A DNA stretch of 35,220 bases from the NCBI GenBank assembly GCA_002633005.1, contig NMRA01000938.1, positions 25,139 through 60,358 on the forward strand, read 5' to 3'. Shown in pieces: positions 33,401-35,220 of the stretch. A program made the translations under genes and the position numbers. How positions within the stretch are numbered: position 1 is the stretch's first letter; every line of letters starts with the position of its first letter. The notes under the pieces are model-generated. The model did no database searches and had not been told where the DNA came from. It saw only the letters and a list, made by a program, of their open reading frames with translations. Source of the stretch: Phoronis australis. Taxonomy: Eukaryota > Animalia > Phoronida.

Positions 33401-34594
33401 GGCTCTAGAGTGCAAGGCAAGTTGCCGACGTGAAAGTTGATTCAGTACTCTCTAACTGAAACGTGCATTCGAGTAGCTAAGTTTGCGACGCGAAGAGGGA
33501 GAAAATGCTCGTTGAAACATTATCCACGATTCTGCTAGGTCTCACCTGCTACTGGATGTCATCAAAATCGTTAAACATCCCAACTAATTCGGAGGGCACA
33601 TTCCCTCCAATTTTTGTTCGCAGCCCAAATTTTGCAACTTACAGTGTAACTGGACCTTTGAAAAACATCTGTCGAAAAAAATCCGTGAAACGATGCCCTA
33701 ACCGAGTGACGTATTTGGATGCGCGGGAACAATTCAGTGCAAATGTCTTTACAAAAATGTGGTACTTATGCTGTTTGTGTACTCAACAATTAATTTTCCA
33801 CGAAATGAATAGCCTCGAATTAATTCCCGACTCCGTGTGGGTTGTCTTCTGGTAACTCGAGTTTGCTCCTCAATACCTTCCAAGTACGGGAAAAATAGGT
33901 CAGTCACAAAACGACACGCATGTCCTAGTGTTAACTTTCATTCGGAGGTATATAACAAAGCCGGGATTTGGTTTTTACAAATAGAGAAAGACGTTTTATA
34001 AATTTGTTGTGTAAAATGAGAGTGACACACAATATAGGGTGTCAGTTTTAAACCACGCGCGGTCGTTTGTAGTGCGCTACGATGGGCGCTAGCCTGAACT
34101 GTGGCTGCTTCATTGGAAATTGAGGGGGAACGCTTAGTAGATCAGTGAGCGCTTATTATCAAACACTTCAAAGGTTGGGAGCAGGCTTGTTTTTAATTGC
34201 CAGCTTAGGCCGGAACAAGATTGTTTCTATTGGAGTCTGAACATTTTACGGCGACGATGAGGGGAGCGAACAGTTGCGGGGGTATGCACAGAAGAATAAA
34301 AAGTTCACTAACCACAATTTCGCATCTAGTACCCGTTTAGTAGCAACAGCTGGCTACGGTCATCGAGTCTAGGGCTTAGGGAACATGGAACTCGGGAACC
34401 ATCGTCACAGGAAAATATCAAACCTTGGGTTATATCTGTCCCGGGGAATATCATAAAGCACCGGAGTCTTTTATAACAGCCGGGAATCTATGAGTTCATT
34501 TTCAAATAAAACACTGGCACGTACCCGGGTGCTTAAGAGAACCAAACGGTATACTCTTTCATTTAGGACTGTCACTGTTCTCTTTTGATGTTAA

Positions 34595-35220
34595 GAGTGC
34601 AGTACACTTCAGACCAGGCAAAAATCCATGCAGGGGTGATAAACCCTATGTGACGGATTTGGATCATATTATGCATTTTTGTTTACTTTCTTATGGTAAT
34701 TACTAAAATGCACTTTAAACAAATTCTATCGCGTTAGGTAGCTTAAAAGTCGGGTACCTCAGTTTTCACTGAAAACCACTATCAGAACTTACCCCAATAA
34801 TCACAGTTTTCGTGACATTGTAAGTAATTACAGAAGCTACTAGAATATGAAATAGCTACTGTTTTGTATAAAGTCATCCATTGTCTTCCTAAAAATGAAA
34901 AATAAAAGTGTCAAGTTGCACCTTAAATTCCACATTTTGGGGCTTGAAGGGTCATGGGGTCATACAAGCAGAAAACATGGATAACTTGCCCAGGTTTGAA
35001 TGAGTCAATCTCAGCTGAAGCCAAATTTTACACTTTGAAACTTAATCGTGGGTTTGATCTATCTTAGTAGAATAGATATTTGGCATCAAAACCACCGGCA
35101 AACACATGTCTTCATATAGTAATGAGCAATTGTTCGCAGCCACCTCAGCCAAAGTGAGCACTTGTGACAATAGCTACTAGTCATCGAAAATGTTGAGTTT
35201 TGAGATTTAAAAGTGCTCAA
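34595..35220. mobile_element. Possible left end of another TTAA|GAG (Sola3-like) element running off the window
   Basis: TTAA|GAGTGCAGTACAC resembles the TTAA|GAGGCAGTCCAT terminus at 27877. No partner in the window. Confidence 0.3.

Noticed and set aside
33505-33855. 116-aa ORF as a host gene
   Set aside because: No recognisable motif; it lies just inside a putative hAT-like terminus.

Overview
AT-rich eukaryotic DNA, most likely from an invertebrate animal, made almost entirely of nested and mostly decayed transposable elements. I found no intact host gene, RNA gene, CRISPR array or prokaryotic operon. Left to right: a YqaJ-type exonuclease pseudogene interrupted by a young 180-bp Penelope-like hairpin that carries a minimal hammerhead ribozyme motif on each strand; CR1/L2-type LINE fragments; TA-flanked non-autonomous DNA transposons; two Academ-like DNA transposons whose very long TIRs are built from tandem ~300-bp or ~140-bp modules; two Penelope-like GIY-YIG retroelements (one with an inverted partial copy, one split by an Academ-like insertion with a 3-bp TSD); a Harbinger transposase remnant; a hAT-like element nested in the second Academ-like element; a two-ended Sola3 element with TTAA TSD; and a Helentron/HINE-like element. 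All family assignments come from motifs recognised by eye, not database searches. Boundaries without a TSD are approximate.
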